Below are positions 29,327 to 42,240 of a stretch of 50,856 nt of DNA, piece after piece. Source of the stretch: Tubiluchus corallicola (taxonomy: Eukaryota; Animalia; Priapulida); assembly GCA_030141605.1 (NCBI GenBank), contig JAQGDQ010001269.1:1-50856 (forward strand). The letters are read 5' to 3'. Numbering within the stretch: position 1 is the stretch's first letter; each line of letters starts with the position of its first letter. The translations under genes and the position numbers were made by a program. The notes beneath the pieces are model-generated. The model saw only the letters and a list, made by a program, of their open reading frames with translations. It was not told the DNA's origin and made no database searches.

Positions 29327-32300
29327 GTAATTGGAGCCTTTATTAGACTGCCGAGTTGTGATTTGGTGATTTTTAAAACTAGAATTTCATAAACTGACGT
29401 GATAATGTTTTTAAAGATTCGCTTCAACTCATGTGCTTTTTATTTTTCAGTTTTGACAGAACGGGAGTCCTTCGAGAAGGCTTACACAGTCGGTCCTATG
29501 CTGGGAAGTGGAGGTTTTGGAACCGTTTTTGCGGGTACTAGAGTGAGGGACAACCTTCCTGTTGCCATCAAGCACGTTGCCAAAGAAAAAGTCACTGACT
29601 GGGGGCAGGTAGGCATACCTGTAATTATTTTAGCAAGCCTGTGCTGGTATTTCGTAACAGTGGTACCACTTCTACATGTGAACTCAATCGCTGGGCTTGC
29701 CTCAGCGATTACTGACTAGTGTAGATCATTGACCTAAATTCTCATTTCAACTAAACCGACGGTTAAAAGCCACTGTGGAGGCTTAATACAGCCGAGCCTT
29801 TGACTTTGCATAGCAATTTTGCATAATTAATGTTGAATTTGTTGAATTATTTTCTTATGTTGTTTTTGGTTTTTACAGATTAATGGATGCAAAGTGCCCC
29901 TGGAAATTTGCCTATTAAGACGTCTAGCAAATGTTCCTGGTGTCATAAGCGTGATGGATTACTACGAACGTGAAAATGGATATATTATGATCATGGAACG
30001 ACCAGAAAATTCACAAGACTTGTTCGATTTTATTACGGAACGTGGTCCTATGGACGAGAACGTATCTCGAGTGTTCTTCAGACAAATTGTGGAATGTGTG
30101 ATATGTTGTCAGAACGCTGGTGTTGTGCACGGGGATATTAAAGATGAAAACATTCTGGTAGATAAGAAAACGGGAAAGCTAAAGTTGATCGACTTTGGTT
30201 CTGGATCGTGGTTAAAGGATACCGTCTACACGGTTTTTGATGGTGAGTTTTTAACTTTTTATTTTCAATAACTTTGTGAAACTGAATTTAAGTTATTCTG
30301 TAGATACATTTGAATGTTACATTGATTGAAGTAGTTCATTCATTAAATTTCACTTTCATGTTGTCTTGAAGGTTGTTATACATCGGTTGGTTGTTTTGTC
30401 TATTTTGCAAAATTGTTTTGCTGTTAGCACTGTTGTTTGCATTATTTTTGTCTATGCCGCGTTTTTGCTATTTTTGAAAATTGTAAAAATGGGCCAAGCT
30501 CAAATTAGCAGAATTTGGTATTTTTTTAAACTGTAAACCATTCCAGTTTGTTATTACTCTTGTATCCCAAATGTTTTTTACCGAAAGCATTTTATGATCT
30601 GAAATTATATGTTATTAATTTCCTCGAAATTATTTGTTTTCTAATACATGATGAAACATCGTGAAAGTGCTTGAATTTGTAATACAGTACCCGGTTTTCT
30701 CTACACAAAAGAGGCCAGGGCTTATTTTTAGCTTTTGTCACTTTTACTGGCTTATCTTTCTCTCTCTTGTCCATACTTTACTGTCCACTGTACCACCTAC
30801 TGTTCGTCTCTTGTCCATATATTGCTGTCCACTGTACCACCTACTGTGTCTGCTGTCTCCTGGCTGACTCTCAATTTTTCTTTGAGAAAGCCAGATAATC
30901 GGCTTATTATTCGTCATTTGATTAAGCGTTTTTGACACTCGGTTGAGGAATTAGCACGTTGGCCAAATATAGCAATGCGAGTAAGTGGGGTATTGACACT
31001 GCACTATGGGCTAAACTGGTTTTGTGTGTCGTTGACTTCGCGGATTGGCCCCTTGTGAAATGGCTGTTTAAACTCAAAGCGGCGTGTTTCTGCCTCGTTG
31101 AGGAAGCTCGTAGGAGACACAGCTTGTTCATTAGCTTGGTATTATTTAACTGCGTCACGCCGATAGATTGCGAAAATCTCATTCTTTGAGAGAGAGAGAA
31201 AGTAGCGCGTCACAACAACACACGCGAATCTCCTGCTTCCCGTTGTCATGGTTACGTAGTACGTATCGGTAAATATTGTTAAGGCGCGTGGCAGACTGTC
31301 CTGGCAGGTTGATTGCGAAATCCCAGTTTCCGCCTCCGCACCGTTGCCAAGGACGCACGCTTCAACAGAAGATTATAGACAGATCAATAAAGGCGAATTT
31401 TGTAAACAACTTCTGCGCATCTGTGTAGATATGTTTGTTAGCAACGCATATTACTTGTCATAACCACGTGTCATGTACTGATCACGCGGACCTGAATGTA
31501 CTTATCTAGTTTATTTCTTGTCCTTAGGACCCTGCTAGCAAGATAGTTTACCCCCTCGTGATAATAAAGCACTTCGTAGTTTTTTCACCCTAAGCGCGTT
31601 TTCAAGGAGCTACGCAGTTATGAATCACGTGACCATTGATGAGTAATATCAAAACAACGAGGTGCATCGCCCTGGTATTTACGCTTTGACTAGGCAATAA
31701 TATTCCGCCCAAATCTTTCCAGTACGCTTGACCTTGTCAGCAGATTTAGGCAAAGAATTTTGTTTGCTTTCTTTGGCTTGTTCAAAGCTCAGTACATAAA
31801 CTTCGTTGATAGAATTATGCAACTATGAAATTGTTTTTCCTATTGAGTTGGTGGCTATGCATTCTCGATCATTTAGTTTCGACTCGGGCTTAATTGAATC
31901 GTAGCCCCACGTCCGTAATGTATTTGTGGATCGGCTTTGGCTGACCAAGCTGACCAGTGCTGAAATGAGGCTAATCCTCTCGCCTTGGCACAGTGCCAGA
32001 CCTTGACCATTGACCACTGGTTATCGCTGGGAAACGGCTCTTATGAAAGAGCTGCTGCTGGTGAGAGCGGGAGGCTGGCACAGAGGCGCTCCGTTCAGTT
32101 TCCCCTAGGAGACCTTGAATCTCGTTAATGGTGTCATGTTCAAGCTGACCACAAAATCAACCTGAACCTTATCGATCCATTCGCTTGGTCGCAGAGTGGA
32201 CAAACGAAGTGTCGCTGTAAACAACAACTAAACGGTTTCCATGACAACTGCAGGTGACAGTCACTTTCGGGCACTGTATTCAGGCTAATTGGAAGAAAAT

Positions 32301-33589
32301 CGAGATGCACTAGATTTCACTAGAAATGATCGATCCCCGAATGGCGTTATAGAGAAAGTCGATTCACTTGGCAGGAATCAGCAATTATCCAGTGCCAGGA
32401 ACCGTTGTGTGTCACTGTAATTGCTACTAATGTTGAATACCATAAATATTACTTTTATATATGCCCGTGCGTATTAGCGACGCTGAGCCATGTGTTCAAT
32501 TTGCAAAGCAATTTCACTCAATTTGCCGAATGTCTTTAATTTAACTGGCATATTTCCGTTCTCCTTTTCTATCCTTTCCTCGCACTTTAATAGTTTTAAC
32601 AACTGTTTTTTTTAAAAGAGAAATGCTCAGAAAAATGCTAACAGCAGGCTCGTACCTCGAATAATGGACATCTAATACTTTCATAATGAAACTTGTTCTA
32701 AGTATGGTTTCCTTTCTCTTACAGGTACGAGGGTCTACAGTCCACCAGAATGGATCAAACATCATCGGTACCACGCACGCAGCGCCACCGTGTGGTCACT
32801 AGGGATCCTGTTGTATGACCTCGTGTGTGGAGACATCCCCTTTGAGGAGGATGACAAAATTTGCAGAGCCGAAGTGTCTTTCAGAACCAGAGTATCAGCC
32901 GGTAGGTGGAGCCTTTTGCAACCTATAACGTTTGGTAGTGCTTAGTAACCTTGTGACAAGCTTACTGAAACTGTATCATATCTTAAAAAACCTGTCTAGA
33001 CTGGTAAATGCATAATAAATAACTCTCTTTGTTCTTACGTGCAGTCCACTTACAAGCTGGCTCTAATCTAACACCTGTCGTCTGCAGTTAAACCGAAATT
33101 GAAAGTTTGGTCTGTCTATAATCGCTGCCACTCAAAATTCTAGCCGTCCACTTTGCAACCCGATTTCTAGCTGTAACAATACATTGTTAAGGGGAATTTG
33201 AGGCTAAACCTACTATCACTAGAACAATTATGTGTATTCTAATGGGTGATCTACTTTTCGGCAGATATTTAGTTTAACAAGCAATACAGGCCACGGGGTG
33301 AAATTGGGGTGACCTTGTTTCTCGATGGCTCTTTAGCGCAGCTGTGGTAGCGTGTGATTTGAGTATTGAATGTTGTACTTAACGGTCTGTTGCTTTCATT
33401 GCAGATTGCCGTGATCTCATTCGGCAGTGTCTATCATACAGAGCCACAGAGAGACCGACCCTAGAAGAGGTTCTGCAACACAAATGGATGCACCAGGGCA
33501 GTCCGGAGGACCTCAAGAATAACATGAGGAGAAACGTAACCAATCGCTCTCTGGGACAATCGTCATTAAGCAGTACTGATAGTTTATGA
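29245..33589 (+). CDS. pim: PIM family serine/threonine kinase, complete, 321 aa
   Basis: join(29245-29326,29451-29608,29879-30242,32725-32901,33405-33589) = 966 nt, all GT-AG and in phase. Motifs [18 protein letters not shown] hinge [49 protein letters not shown]; C-terminus SSTDSL. Confidence 0.97.
29451..29608 (+). CDS. pim: PIM exon 2
   Basis: Gly-rich loop and VAIK; an alternative in-frame acceptor is possible at 29460. Confidence 0.95.
29879..30242 (+). CDS. pim: PIM exon 3
   Basis: [10 protein letters not shown]...HGDIKDEN...DFGSG...VYTVFD G|gtgag. Confidence 0.97.
32725..32901 (+). CDS. pim: PIM exon 4
   Basis: [17 protein letters not shown]...[12 protein letters not shown]. Confidence 0.97.
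33405..33589 (+). CDS. pim: PIM exon 5
   Basis: [29 protein letters not shown]...SSTDSL*. Confidence 0.95.
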
Positions 33590-35049
33590 TTAGAGGTGCC
33601 CCGAGCGGCTGATCCAGCCAGGTCCTCTTTTCGTCATCGGAGGTCAGCTGCTCGCAACACGTCTAGTGAAGGGCGGAAGAGTGAAAACGACAACAAAGAC
33701 ATTACTGTGCAACATGTTTAAACACAAGAACATCTGAAATTATTTTTTATGGCAAAAGATGGAAGACTAGACTGAGCAGCGAACAACATGAACAATACTC
33801 TTGTCAATGTGTAACAGTTGAAACAGCAAATTTGATTTCGTGAGAGTACTATGTATTATCATGGCAACTTTGACCAATATAATCAGCTTTATTTTGGTAT
33901 TATGTGAAGTCTGATGGGATACCCCTATTGTAGCATGTTGTATCTGTATGTGCCTTACAGTGCCTGCTCACATTTTCTTATTTTGCCGTGAAAGCCCATA
34001 ATGCATTGCATGGTACTAATTTAAAAATAATTCGTAAATTTTTCCACAATTTAAGCTTTTATGTCCAACAAAAATGTCAGTCACCAAAGTTTGCCTGAGT
34101 ATTACTCACATTTAGAAATGCCATTATCCAGTGCTGATGCATTATGGGACATTTGTTAAAGCTGACTGTGGTACAGTGTTACTAAACATGTCATCACAGC
34201 ATTTGCAGGGATTTTGTATACTTATCAATATATGTATTTTATTTAATTAACTGCCAAAACAGCAACTTAAGCTTTTTATAGCAATGGAAATGCTTGGTGC
34301 TAATAGGCCATTGTATAAATGAGATTTATTTGTGTATATTGTTAAAAACCTATGTATATATGAGGCAGAAAATGCACCAGCTATGTGTGTGCTTTTATTA
34401 TACTGTGCGGAATGGCAAAGCAAACTGATATTTCCTTGTATATAATGGATTACGTATTTAACAAATTCTGATTTATCTAGTGTTTTTAGTTCTTTTTTAG
34501 TTATAGTTTTTATGCTTGCAATTTTTGTACTAAAAAGTTTTATAGTTGCAATTTTTATTTGATTTATTAGATGACAAGAAAAGATAGTTAGTTGGGAAAT
34601 TTTACTACATTTTTATTTTAGGTATTGGCGCATTGCTAAGTTTTTTTAAATTCAAGTTAATAAAAGTATATTAAACTTACTGCCAGTTTTATTAAAACTT
34701 ATTATTATATTCGGGTCCAAAGTAAATGTGTATAGTGAACTGTACATATGTGAAAATCAAGTCCTAATTTATTTGTAAAAAAGTTTTTTTACTGGCCAAG
34801 TTTAATTTATTTTAGTTGAAGCGACTCTCATTAGTCACTTCGTGAAACGGAAAATTTTATATAAAGTGACTTTATTTGTGCACAACTTTGCGCTGCTATA
34901 AATTATAAAGTGTACAGAGTCAGTTCACGAAAAAGTGTGCAGTAACTTGTATGTGTACCTATAACGCACACGACTTAATATATGTAAAATAACGCTTTTT
35001 AATGTAAATACGTAAAGATTGTATTTTTGTACCGTGCAAATATATTTGT

Positions 35050-35055
35050 AATAAA
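35050..35055 (+). terminator. Putative PIM polyadenylation signal (alternative at 34659-34664)
   Basis: AATAAA after a ~1.46-kb U-rich 3' UTR-like region, followed by a T-rich tract. Confidence 0.5.
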
Positions 35056-35161
35056 ATTGTAAATTGTGAATTTTACGTCACTAGTTTCTCTTTCATTTGT
35101 GATAGAAACTGAATACAGAAAGTTTCATAAATATTAGTTATGAGCTTAAACCTGGAAGATC

Positions 35162-35649
35162 AACTTGCCACAAATGTTTTTAGACTTATATACAAATAAC
35201 AGTGCTTATATATAATTAGTAAAACTTGCCACAAATGTTTTTAGACTTACATACAAATGACAGTGCTTATATATAATTAGTAAAACTTGCCACAAATGTT
35301 TTTTGACTTACATACAAATGACAGTGCTTATATATAATTAGTAAAACTTGCCACAAATGTTTTTAGACTTACATACAAATGACAGTGCTTATATATAATT
35401 AGTAAAACTTGCCACAAATGTTTTTAGACTTATATACAAATAACAGTGCTTATATATAATTAGTAAAACTTGCCACAAATGTTTTTAGACTTACATACAA
35501 ATAACAGTGCTTATATATAACTAGTAAAACTTGCCACAAATGTTTTTAGACTTACATACAAATAACAGTGCTTATATATAATTAGTAAAACTTGCCACAA
35601 ATGTTTTTAGACTTACATACAAATAACAGTGCTTATATATAACTAGTAA
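35162..35649. repeat. 61-bp minisatellite, 8 units
   Basis: AACTTGCCACAAATGTTTTTAGACTTACATACAAATAACAGTGCTTATATATAATTAGTAA repeated. Confidence 0.96.
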
Positions 35650-36220
35650 GCCATGTTTAAAGGTGAAACAAATTTAGAATATGAAAATGTCACGCTATTT
35701 TAGTAACAGGATTATCTACACAGAAAGTAAATAAAATCATGTAGGCAGTTTTAACAGCTAAGAAAAAGCAAAATTTGAATTATACACATCTTTCAGCTTA
35801 TATAAAGTAGCATACACTATTTACCTATTATCACTATTATTACCTCATTCATCAGTATGAAATGGTTTTCAACTTTCCGTATGATATCGTGCTGTGCATT
35901 TCCTTTACTATACAAAAGGGTAACCCAAATCAAGAAGACCTCTACCTCAAATTCTTGTCCTGAAAATTATATAAAGGTTACAATATTTAAGAAGAGCATC
36001 AACAGCTCTATCTTTTGTCGCCATCAATTTAGTTGTGTGCCATTCTTCGAGTGGCCACAGCTTTCGTTGGGAGAGAAAAAAGATAATCGGTCACGTACTA
36101 CTTTTTTTCTATGGAATTACGCGATAAAACGTTTTTGTTAGCACTTATGTAAAACCTGCATTACTTAGTTCTGATTATGTAATGTAGAAGTCAGGCCGTA
36201 GGGAGAAGCCAAACCATAAA

Positions 36221-36482
36221 AGGAGAGAGAGAGGGGGAAGGGACAGGGAGACAGAGAGAAAGAGAGAGCGACAGACACAGAGAGAGAGTGAGAGGCAGAC
36301 AGAGAAAGTGAGAGAAGGGACAGGGAGACAGAGAGAGAGCGACAGACAGAGAGAGAGAGGGGGAGAAGGGGCAGAGAGAGAGAGAGCGACAGACAGAAAG
36401 AGAGAGAGCGACAGACAGAGAGAGAAAGAGAGACAGACAGAGAGAGAGAGGGGGGAAGGGACAGGGAGACAGAGAGAAAGAG

Positions 36483-36517
<35 letters not shown>
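36221..36517. repeat. Degenerate (GA)n polypurine tract
   Basis: Directly visible. Confidence 0.95.
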
Positions 36518-36521
<4 letters not shown>

Positions 36522-38454
36522 CCACATCAACTATTAGTTTTCATTTCAAACACAATTTTGCAAAACAGGTTTTTCAAAGATAACTTAAACGCATTGTGGT
36601 TTTTTTGGAGACTTAACTCTGTCGTGTACACAGCGTGCACAGACTAACTTAACAACAGCCTGGGCACAAATGTGAGCAATCAGTTCATGGCGATAGCAGT
36701 TAATAAACTTATGACATGGTGGCAATCATACACTTGTGATAGAGAAGGATCTATTCAGAAGGGATTACATTTGACATTAGCCTGCATCGTGACGCGTGAC
36801 TTGATATTTCGTGACACTACGCGTGCGTGTACGGGCGCTTGTTTGTAAAACGGAACGGATTTTTACAGCACGGAGGTTCGACGTAGTTTTTACTAGTCTG
36901 ACGTCATTGACACGTACTACTTCCTGTAGTCGTGTATCGATTAATGTAGGCCTTGGTGGCGTATACACGCTAAGCGGGAAATTCAGCATGATTAGTAAAC
37001 ATTCAGACAGCCATAATGTTGTCTTTAGTATGCGTTCTAGTTTTACCGGAACTGGATGAAGTAAAACAAGAATAATGTTTTTTCTTTTCGTGGGCGAGCT
37101 GAGTATATATATATATATATATATATATATACTTCGCTACAAAAGTTAAACAGCATTGAACTTGGTTAGTAAATGAAGGGGTACTATCAGAAAAATGGCT
37201 TGTAGGTGTTTCCGCCTCCCGCCATACACATCTTAGTAGACACCTTGGGCAATGGCCCTGTTCGAGATCTATCTTTAACAGAATATCTTTGATATTAAGC
37301 AAGATTTCGGTCCTGCCACGACTGATGTAATAAATTTCGATATGTATTGAGTTGAACTGAGTAAAAATGAAACAAGAAAATGTTTGTCAATTTTTTTTTC
37401 ATATTTTGTGCAAAAAAATTTAAACTGCTGCTATCGTCCCCTTTTAGTCAGCCTTCTGTGGTAGTTTTCTCTGTGGTTACCCTTATAAAAATGCAACATG
37501 GCACATTTAGGTTAGTTCTGTTAGAACCAAAGCTCAAGCACTTCCAGAGGCCAGAACAGTCAGGTGAATCAATATAAATTACTAAATAGACTACTTGTGC
37601 ATAGACATGTTGAAATCACTAAATATTTTTCAGTGTCGTTACGTTTATGTAAGGCTGTTTTCTATTTTCCGTGACATAATTGGCAAAGTTCCCTAAATGA
37701 TTCATGATTCGCTTTCAAATTCATACTGAAAGTATTACAAGCACGCAGGATGTTAGAATGTTGTTGGTTGTTTTGTGCATTTTTGCATAAGTATTTCTCG
37801 AATCAGCTGCTAAACTTGCAAATGAGTTAATGTCTTCGATGGAGTTAAGGCCCATGCGTGCGGTATGACCAGGATGCAAGTGACGTCGTAGTTTTGGCAC
37901 TTGTTTTCAAAACTTCGTACATAAGCCCTCCACTAACCAGGATATAGGCGGGTCGGGGAAACGCTGTGTGTACTGTTATTGTACATGATAAATGCATTCC
38001 TCTGCTTGTATGACTAACGCATATCTATCGAATATGGCGGTACCATCAAACCGAGCCGCTTACTATGAACCATAAGTCAGAGTAAAATGTCTTTGTGTCT
38101 TTGTTAGCAGTTTTTGCTATCTTACGACTAATTATTGGTATGTACGCTAGCCTACAGCTAAATCAATAAATTCGCATACGCCCGCGCGATTCTGAACGAG
38201 TTCTTTGTGTCTTGATTGATGAGAACTTATAGCTTCCAGTAGTATTCTTTTTATATAAGGCACTCTGGATCAAGATTTGCTTACCCTAAATGTATTCGAA
38301 TACACTAACACAGTTCGGGAATATTCAAAAATAATTTTCCATTGTTTGCAGCGTCAAATATTGAGCATAAACTTTATTTGTTTCTTTTCGGGCAGCCTGG
38401 GTTCCTAACGCCCATGTTGTAAAGTTTCAGCTGTTGGTTCTGATGTTGGGATTC

Positions 38455-38680
38455 TGTCATAAATCAAGAACTGCACACAAAACTGGTAAATACGACTATT
38501 TTTCTTGTACGATGCCAGAAATCTGGAATAGATTGCCCTGTGATGGGAGAACAGCAACATTTGTAAATTTATTTAAATCAAAATTAGATAGACACTATGA
38601 ACATCATCCATCGAAATTTAATCACCGTGCTAATTGGAACATGCCTATAACAAGGATGCTGGATTACATATTATAGTGAG
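38455..38680 (+). mobile_element. CR1-group LINE 3' fragment
   Basis: YFS...IWNRLP......VNLFKSKLDRHY motif; followed by a 43-bp tandem duplication (~38688-38776). Confidence 0.7.
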
Positions 38681-38839
38681 AAAACTTGCCAGTGGAGTCA
38701 CCTAGGTGTTGATGACAATCTATTGTATGTGCCAGCGGAGTCACCTAGGTGTTGATGACAATCTATTGTATGTGCAATTTGTCGCAATTACAGTCGAACA
38801 ACTATTTGTCTCAAAGTTATATTATAACTACTGGAGATT

Positions 38840-39293
<454 letters not shown>

Positions 39294-41134
39294 TTAAACT
39301 ATTCAAGTGTGCTCCGTCTAACTTGAGTGCCTGCCAAATAGATTTTACATTTACACCATGATTTCAATAAAATTAGAGACTTTGACGTCATTAAATTTGA
39401 CTTGATTTCTTCTGTTGTTGACGCCATCATTGCGTCATTAATAGTTGACGTCATGCACTTTATTTATTGACAAAAATGCAAAATGTTGTATTGAATTGTT
39501 CAACGATTTCCACGTAATTTGAGTAGGAGTGGAAATATTGTGTATTTGAGTTAATTTCATGAAAGTCTATGGAAAGTTTTTATTGGTGCACTTCGTTTTG
39601 CGAATATGACACATTTAGACTCTGATGCTGTAACATAAAACTTTCAATGTCAGCCAGTTCGTCCTATATATTGAGTTGTAGGAATGTAAATAAAGCAAAA
39701 ACGAATTCCCAGACCGTGAAAAGCACAGCGCTCAAAGACGTACTGTCCAGGTAAGTGCAAAAACTGCTGCCAGAATTAAATCATCAGCAGAATTATCCAC
39801 GTACGCGTCTGTTTGCGCGTGTAAGGCCAGACAATGTTCGGAGGAAGGAAAGAGAAAGTGAGTGAAGGGAAAATGGGATGGAAAAAGAAAGTACAGGAGA
39901 GACTGAGGCTGGAGAAGGAAAAACAAAAGGGAAGAGTGAAGGAGAAAGCAGCAGACCGGAAAGACAAGCAGAAAAAAGAACAAGGAAAATGTATACTGCA
40001 TTAATTTAACGTGCATAAAGAAAGCTCAGCATTAGAAAAAATGTACAGTACAATGATAAAGTGGTGTTGTCACTACACTGCACTTAAATTGTAAAAATAC
40101 CATGCAGTTATACAAAACCATAAAAAATTTACAGCAGCCATAGTCTAAATATGAATCATTTACAGAGTACCTTTGTGCTATTTTTACTTGGGTGGTGGCA
40201 TGTGTAAAGTACAATTTCTATAATAGCTATTGTCCTAGTTTTTGGCTGGCTATATCAATACAGTCAACGGTTAAAAGTTGCTATAAAGGCCAGGTTAAAC
40301 TGAAGTACACGTACTTTGCTCGAAACATCGCGGCTGTAATGTTTAATCAGTTTCAACCTGTCTAATCGACTTCCCTGTATCAGACTTTTCAGCAATTATC
40401 AAAGATGTTCTAAATTGTTTTATTTTTTTATTGCTAGATTTACCACGAACACACGATGATAATTTTTGCAAAAAGCATTAAATTAATACAAATATTACAA
40501 AAAACATTAATATATAATTTTTATTGACACTACTGGTATGCCTCTGGACATATGTGCCCATTAATGTCCCTTTTTTGTTTGACAAGTGATTTTTTATCGA
40601 CCACCGCTTCTACCAACCGTTGTGACAGTCTGTCGTCTAGTGATAGTTGTTACACAATGTTAGAACGTGATTGGTCGTGTCCGCCTCTGGACATCTGGAC
40701 CTGTTCACGACAGCTGTAAAGCACGCTGCATGGAAAGTTTGATAGGTAAGACATGCAGCGTGCATGACTCACTCTGTGCACAGGTAAACAGTATCTCACT
40801 TATCTAGTACCTGCAAATACAGACTTACTGCAAAGAATCAGGACATCGCCTATTTAGGTACATACAAAGTTAATATCAAAGCTTATTTTGCAGGGTATAC
40901 AAGTCACACGCAGGTAACGTTTGCTCCAAACTTAGCCTCATCATGTACCGTGCAAAAACAAAGACGCAGTTTGTATAAATGTCGGGCTGTTCTAAATGCT
41001 GCGAAACACTTGACATCTTTGGTTAACGGCCACAATAGTTCATACGTACTTATGTCTAATTCACGTGGTCCACCGATAAGCTTGAAATATCGATTATAAA
41101 TTTGTGGCAATCAACTACGGGCGAAAAATTATAA

Positions 41135-41171
<37 letters not shown>

Positions 41172-41520
41172 TAAAAATAATATAATATAATATAATATAA
41201 TATAATATAATATAATATAATATAATATAATATAATATAATATAATATAATATAATATAGTATATTATAATATAATATAATATAATATAATATAATATAA
41301 TATAATATAATATAATATAATATAATATAATATAATATAATATAATATAATATAATATAATATAATATAATATAATATAATATAATATAATATAATATAA
41401 TATAATATATAATATAATATAATATAATATAATATTATATTATATTATATTATATTATATTATATTATATTATATAATATAATATAATATAATATTATAA
41501 TATAATATAATATAATATAA
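41135..41520. repeat. (AAT)n/(AATAT)n microsatellite with an internal inverted block
   Basis: Directly visible. Confidence 0.97.
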
Positions 41521-41734
41521 GGCTGTAAAAATGAAATTTTTGACAGGTTCTAGGAAGTCGCGCATGCTTAGTCTTGACTACTACATTCTCATGTGCCCGC
41601 CTACTTGCCAGGTCTACTAAATAATGCTACAGAGAAGAAGAGGAACGAAATAGGCTTCTTTCTGTTAGTAGCTTCGAAGCCTTTGTCTGCCAGAAGGAGA
41701 GAATCACATGACAGAGGAATCAAACTGTACACAT

Positions 41735-42240
41735 TTAGATTTAGATTAGATTAGATTTTAATAGATTTATTTCGCACTAAACATATACATATACATTACA
41801 TGTGCATCGATAATCAGTTTTTGTTAATACAAAAATATGATACAATTCATGAATTCTTCATAGAGACCTAAGAAGCTAGCTTATAGTAGGCCACTAGAAT
41901 TAGTTACGAAAAAATTACAATATATACAGATACAATATTACAATATGTACAAATATAAATACGGGTGGGAAGTTATAAAAATATTATTATACTAGAGAGG
42001 AAGTTTTTGAAAATGAAAAACAACAAATCATGATTGAGTGATCAGTTATATGTTTCAAGTAAATTTAATTTATAATTTTTTTAAATATGGACAGCGAGTT
42101 GGCATTTTTAATAGCTGGAGCAATTGAATTCCATATGTAAGGGCCATTATATTTAATAGAAAATTTTTCTAACATTTGTGTTGCACTGTATGTAGTGATA
42201 GTTAAGTCCATAACGTGTGCCGTAATTATGTATCTCAGCA
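41735..42240 (-). mobile_element. L2/CR1-group LINE 3' fragment
   Basis: KFSIKYNGPYIWNSI...IKNANSLSIFKK; 3' end AATAAA plus (AATCT)n tail. Confidence 0.72.

Noticed and set aside
39700-39990. Purine-rich stretch encoding a K/E-rich peptide, possibly a transposase remnant
   Set aside because: Stops in frame and no diagnostic motif
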